38,125 bases of DNA, from positions 1 to 38,125 of the forward strand of contig QPGO01000367.1 in the NCBI GenBank assembly GCA_008632985.1, written 5' to 3'. Below the pieces are notes generated by a model, which saw only the letters and a program-made list of their open reading frames with translations, did no database searches and was not told the origin of the DNA. The position numbers were made by a program, and so were the translations under genes. Below are positions 33,637-38,125 of the stretch, one piece after another. Position 1 is the stretch's first letter; every line of letters starts with the position of its first letter. Source of the DNA: Psammoneis japonica (taxonomy: Eukaryota).

Positions 33637-36600
33637 ATTCTCCAGGTGTGCTGTGCATGGCAAGCCAGCTCCCAGCACACAGAAAAGCACCCCAAAAAAA
33701 TGACCACAAGGGCCTTTGCCAGATGTGCCACAATGCAGCAGCCACATGAGGGCTCTTGCAAGGAGGGTGCACCCAACAGATGAGAATGTCTCCACAGAGA
33801 GCCCAGAAAAGCAACCAAAACAAAAGCAGCCCCGTTGTTGACAAAACATTTTTTGTTCTGCAGCTGAGGTGGTCAAGATGACAGTTGAGCCAGTGGGGTG
33901 CCAACAACAATGATGAGAACTCTGACATGTCTCAGAATGCCAAAACAAAGATTTTGTTCCCAGGTGATTTTTTCTGAGAATGAAGGTCAAAAAGCACACA
34001 AGTGTCTGACTTGCTTTCTTTCTTCTGCCCAAATGCTCTTTCTGCAATGTGATCAAAAACAACAAGATGGATGAAGAGCTCATCTCAATGATTTTTTCAA
34101 AAATTGCCAGGTGAATGAAGACAAAAAAGAGAGCAGACAACAAGCAAAAAAAGAAAGCCAAAGTCACAGGGTGTGGCTGCACAGCACTTGTCCACAGCAT
34201 GCACCTGGCTGTCACTCACATTGCACATCAGGGCAGCAACAGGCTGCTTTTTTGCTTGCTCTCATGCTAAAATTGAGGTTTGAAGCTTGCTGAAGCAGAG
34301 CTTGCATCTGCAGATCTTCTCCTTTTTGAGCAGTGCTTTGCCAAGGACTGGTTGCACCCCACCACATGCCAGTTTTGAGTTGATTGCATCTGTGCCACAC
34401 TGGCCAAGAAGGATTGATGAGCACACAGAGAAGTGCCAGTCAAGCTTGGAAGGTGAACATGATTTGTCACAGGAAAGCTTCTGTTGAAAGTGCTGTCAAA
34501 AGAAAACACACAAAGCAGAAGTTGGGAACAGCAGCCACTTTCTCAAAAAAACACCTGGTGCCTCACATTTGGAGATTCTCCCACCAAGTCATGGACCAAA
34601 GACCCTTTGGAAGTGCACTCAAGAAAACAGCACCTTAAATTCACCATTGATTTTTGCTGGTGCAGCTGGTTGTTCAACAAATGCAATGCAAGAGAACCCA
34701 ACTGCACAACACACACTGCAAAGAAACTGTTGCCTTTGCAGTGAAGAACAACAACACATGTGTGGACATCACATGCTGTGTGTGGCTGTGCCTTGCTTGA
34801 CACCTGAATTGCTTGTTGATGTTGCAGCTGTTGCAAAGTCAGTTGATTCATTTTGCTTGATCATTTCAAAAGCACAGACCTGTCCCCTTTTGCTTGCAAA
34901 GACTTCATGGCTGTCTTTGATGCTTTGCCCATGATTCTGTCATCATTCACAATGTTGTCTCTTGGAGCAACAGACAGGCAGAGTGGCCTTGATCCAGCCA
35001 CACATGTCTGGCTGCTGGTTGACTGTGTCAAACATCACAGTTTTGTGCAATCCTTCTGGGGCAAGGTTGTGGTGTTTTCAATCTGCTTGGCAACCAAATC
35101 TCTCTGCACTTGTTGGCTTCTACAGCTTCTTCTTTTCTTGCTGTTGAAAGAGCTTTGCAATGATGGCAGCAACCTCATGGTGCTTTCTTTCCTCCTTTTG
35201 AACAATGGTCTTGTGGGTGTGCATGTCTCTGGTGGGTGACACCTTGTCAACTTTGGCACACTCTTGGCCATTTGTTGTCTTCTTGTGGCCAGCCACCACC
35301 TTTGCAGTGTGCTCTTGCTTGGTGTAAATTGAGTTCAAAATGGCAACTCAAGCAAGCTGACCAGTCAGGTCCTTCACAGCAGACTAAAGCTCAGCACACT
35401 CCAAGTCCAGCTGCTTGGCACTGAGTGCGTGTGGGTCCTGGCAGCCCAGATCATTTCAGCTGCACTCTTGGCTGGTGGTGCTGAGAAGCAAGAGTGCTCA
35501 CTCAGCCTGTGCAACCAGGCTTTGCTCAATTGTTGCCTTGTTTTTCAGTCCATTCTCAAGACTGACATTTTGACAACATTGAGAAATCAAATTGGCCTCC
35601 ACACACTCTCTGAGTTGTCTTGGCTTGTTTGGGCCAAATTTTCTCTAGCTGAGCAAGCGCCTTTTTTGTGAGTTGGTCAGATGCTTGATTTCTTTTGCTT
35701 GTTTTGGTTGAGAAGCACATCCTTTGTTGCTCTTTCTTGAGCTTGCAGCTCCTCAACTTTTGCTTTGAGCTCTTTGATTTCTTTCATCTTTCAAAGCACA
35801 GGCCAGCTCCACAAACACTTTTTTCTCTTTGGCAGCATCTTCCTTGATCTTGGAGGTCTCCCTCAGCAGCATCAAATCTGTGTTTGAAATCTTGGATGCC
35901 AAAACAATGCCCAGCATGTTGCTGCAGCTGACAAACTGCACCTCAAGATGAGAGCTCATGCAGCAACCAGCAACCCAACACCTGACTTGTTTCTTTTCTG
36001 CCATGCCAAGCTCCTTTTAGAGCTTGAGCCTGGTGCATGTTGCATTGTCTTTGTGCTCTTGCATTCCTGTTTGAGGCTTTCTCCACATCTTGCTGGCCAC
36101 TGCTGGTGGTTTGATGTGGGCTTCAAAGATTGTCATGCATTGCCCAGCTGCAGCAGTGGGCTCTGCTGTTGTGACCACAGCCAGCACAGCATGGCAGCTG
36201 GATCCATGCAACAATGTCTTGACAAAGGTGCCCTTGTTGGGGGCAGACCAGGTCAGCACCAATTTCAAGGAAACTCTTCCCTTTTGACATTTCACTTCAA
36301 TGGACTTGGGTTGCACCAACATGAGGAGGTTGATGACCTCTTTGGTTGCTGCTTGTGTGACAAAGTGTGTGGTGAGTTGGAAGCACACGATGGCTCTGTC
36401 TTTGCACACTGGACAGCTGTGGGAAAGTCAGAAAAGTGTGCCTTCACAACATCTTTCAGGGCCTTGAAAAATGACAGCATCACAAAGAGGCAGCAAAGGC
36501 TTCCAGCACAAACTCTCCCTCCTTCCAGGAAATCAAGGTGAGAACATGCCAAGCACCCAAACAACATGGGGAAAAAAACCTTTTTCACCTGCTTCAGACT

Positions 36601-37447
36601 GTGGACACCACACACATCATGCTGTTGAGGGACTTGGCTGGGTGGCAGATTGTTGTCTTGGGCACTTTGTCACTTTGTCAGCAGCACCAGACAGAGTGCA
36701 ACAACACCAGTGCATGGCAGTGCTTGTTTGAGTCTCTGGCATTCTCAGCCACAAACCACCAATTGCATCTGCAACATCTCATCCAGCAGTCCATTTTTGC
36801 TCATCATGGTGGGGTTTGGCAAAGGTGAGTCATGCAAGTGTCCTTGATGGAAAGGTTGCTCAACAGGACCACAAGGGCAAGCTCTCTGCAGCATGGCAAA
36901 AAGTGGAGTGCCAAATGCTTCTGACCCAAACATGGCCCAGGTGTGAGACTCAACAGAACAGGCAGCAGCTGTGAGTGCCTTGTGTCACACGCATTCAAAG
37001 AATGGAGACCATGACACCAGAAACATGGCTCCACACACCTGCAGCACTCAGCAACTCAGCTGTGCTGTGACTCTGGTGGGTGGTGCTCTTTGCAAAAATT
37101 GCATTTTCTGATCCAACATGTGACCTCAGCTCCCAGTTGAGGTGACAACACTTGCCATTGTCACACTTGCATTGGTGTGAAAAGCATTGAGAGAAAATGA
37201 TCAACTCCCATTTGGGTGGCCAGAAATCTCCTGCACCTCAAGCATGCTGCTGCAGCCAAGTGCCACTCTGATGCATTGCACATGGGCGGGTAGAACTTCA
37301 CTTCTTCCAAATCAAGCTTCAAAAGAACAAGCACCCAGCGTGCATCAACCACATTTCTTGGCAGGACTTGGAGGTGTTAATTTGGACAGCGCCACTTGTG
37401 TGATTTGTTGATGCAAAGAGGGTCAATGGCGATGCTCACCAGCACAT

Positions 37448-37468
37448 TCTCTCTCTCTCTCTCTCTCT
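37448..37468 (+). repeat. (TC)n microsatellite
   Basis: tctctctctctctctctctct. Confidence 0.9.
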
Positions 37469-38125
37469 GAGCTGTGCATGCTGAAACTGCCTGAACCTCA
37501 CCAAGGCCACAATTTGGTGCTCTCTCATGTGGCTCCTGTCAACAACATGAGAGGCACCTGCCTTGTGTGCCTTGGAGATGGGAGTGAGGCTCAACCAGCT
37601 GTGCTCAACTCAGAAAAAAGGCAAACAGGGCAAAGCAAGAGCTCTTGTTTGTTCTGATGTGCAGAGGGTTTAATTGCAGCTGCCAGTGCCCCCCCCCCTG
37701 TCTGGTTTCATTTGTCACATGCATTCTTGCTGTCTGAGTGTCACTCAGGTGGCCATTTCTTTTTGAATCCATGCTCTTCAAATGTCAATTGTCACATTTT
37801 GTTGACAATGCACAGCACCCATGTGGTGTCTCAGAGAGAAGCAAAATGAAATGCCACAGCCTTTGTGTCATTGTCAACATGATCTGCTCTCCAACATTTT
37901 TCTGAAGATGCCAGAAGCACTTTTCTTGTGCTGAAAGTGTGCAAGGAAATGGAAGCACCTTTGGCACTTCCAAAAAATTGAAACAGGCTTTTTTGCCTGT
38001 GCAAAGCACACCAAAGTGGTTCCTGTCATCTGCCAAGTGCAAACATGTGATGGGCAAATCAAATGCGCCGCAATCATTGCTGACAAAGCTGCTCCACAAG
38101 GATGTGAGAGCCAGCCATTTGTCAA

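Larger units (their letters stand above)
33250..38125. other. TpA- and CpG-depleted domain 5 (runs off the window; contains probable decayed minus-strand coding sequence)
   Basis: Near-total TA/CG loss. Lys/Glu-rich coiled-coil-like remnants on the minus strand at ~35100-36100. Confidence 0.8.

Noticed and set aside
8460..38125. Numerous overlapping 60-290 aa Cys/His/Gln-rich ORFs in all six frames, resembling metal-binding peptides
   Set aside because: They are confined to TA-free domains. Loss of TAA/TAG lengthens random ORFs, and TG/CA excess yields Cys/His/Gln. They lack Tyr and family motifs.

Overview
Eukaryotic, intron-poor sequence that looks most like a diatom or other stramenopile (taxon inferred from gene content and style, not proven). 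It alternates between two kinds of DNA. (1) Ordinary gene-bearing blocks encode a LamG + FG-GAP propeller protein (5' truncated), an ABC1/UbiB atypical kinase, a DUF6604-like protein, a DUF1445/D-glutamate-cyclase-like protein, and a run of four membrane-anchored glycan-modifying enzymes (GT47 exostosin, a frameshifted GT31/GT25-like gene, a sulfotransferase-like gene, and a LicD + endo/exonuclease/phosphatase fusion). (2) Five blocks (about 1780-2640, 8460-17680, 19380-22960, 28480-30260 and 33250-38125) have lost nearly all TpA and most CpG and are enriched in TpG/CpA. A ~3.5 kb direct segmental duplication (about 6685-10158 vs 14284-18080) gives the direction of change. Inside the altered domain both TpA and CpG were converted to TpG/CpA, while homologous sequence outside it was spared. 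CpG decay fits 5mC deamination. The near-complete TpA->CpA/TpG conversion is the reverse of fungal RIP and is the best candidate here for an undescribed, domain-restricted mutagenic or genome-defence process. Most short Cys/His/Gln-rich ORFs in the track are by-products of the loss of TAA/TAG stops.
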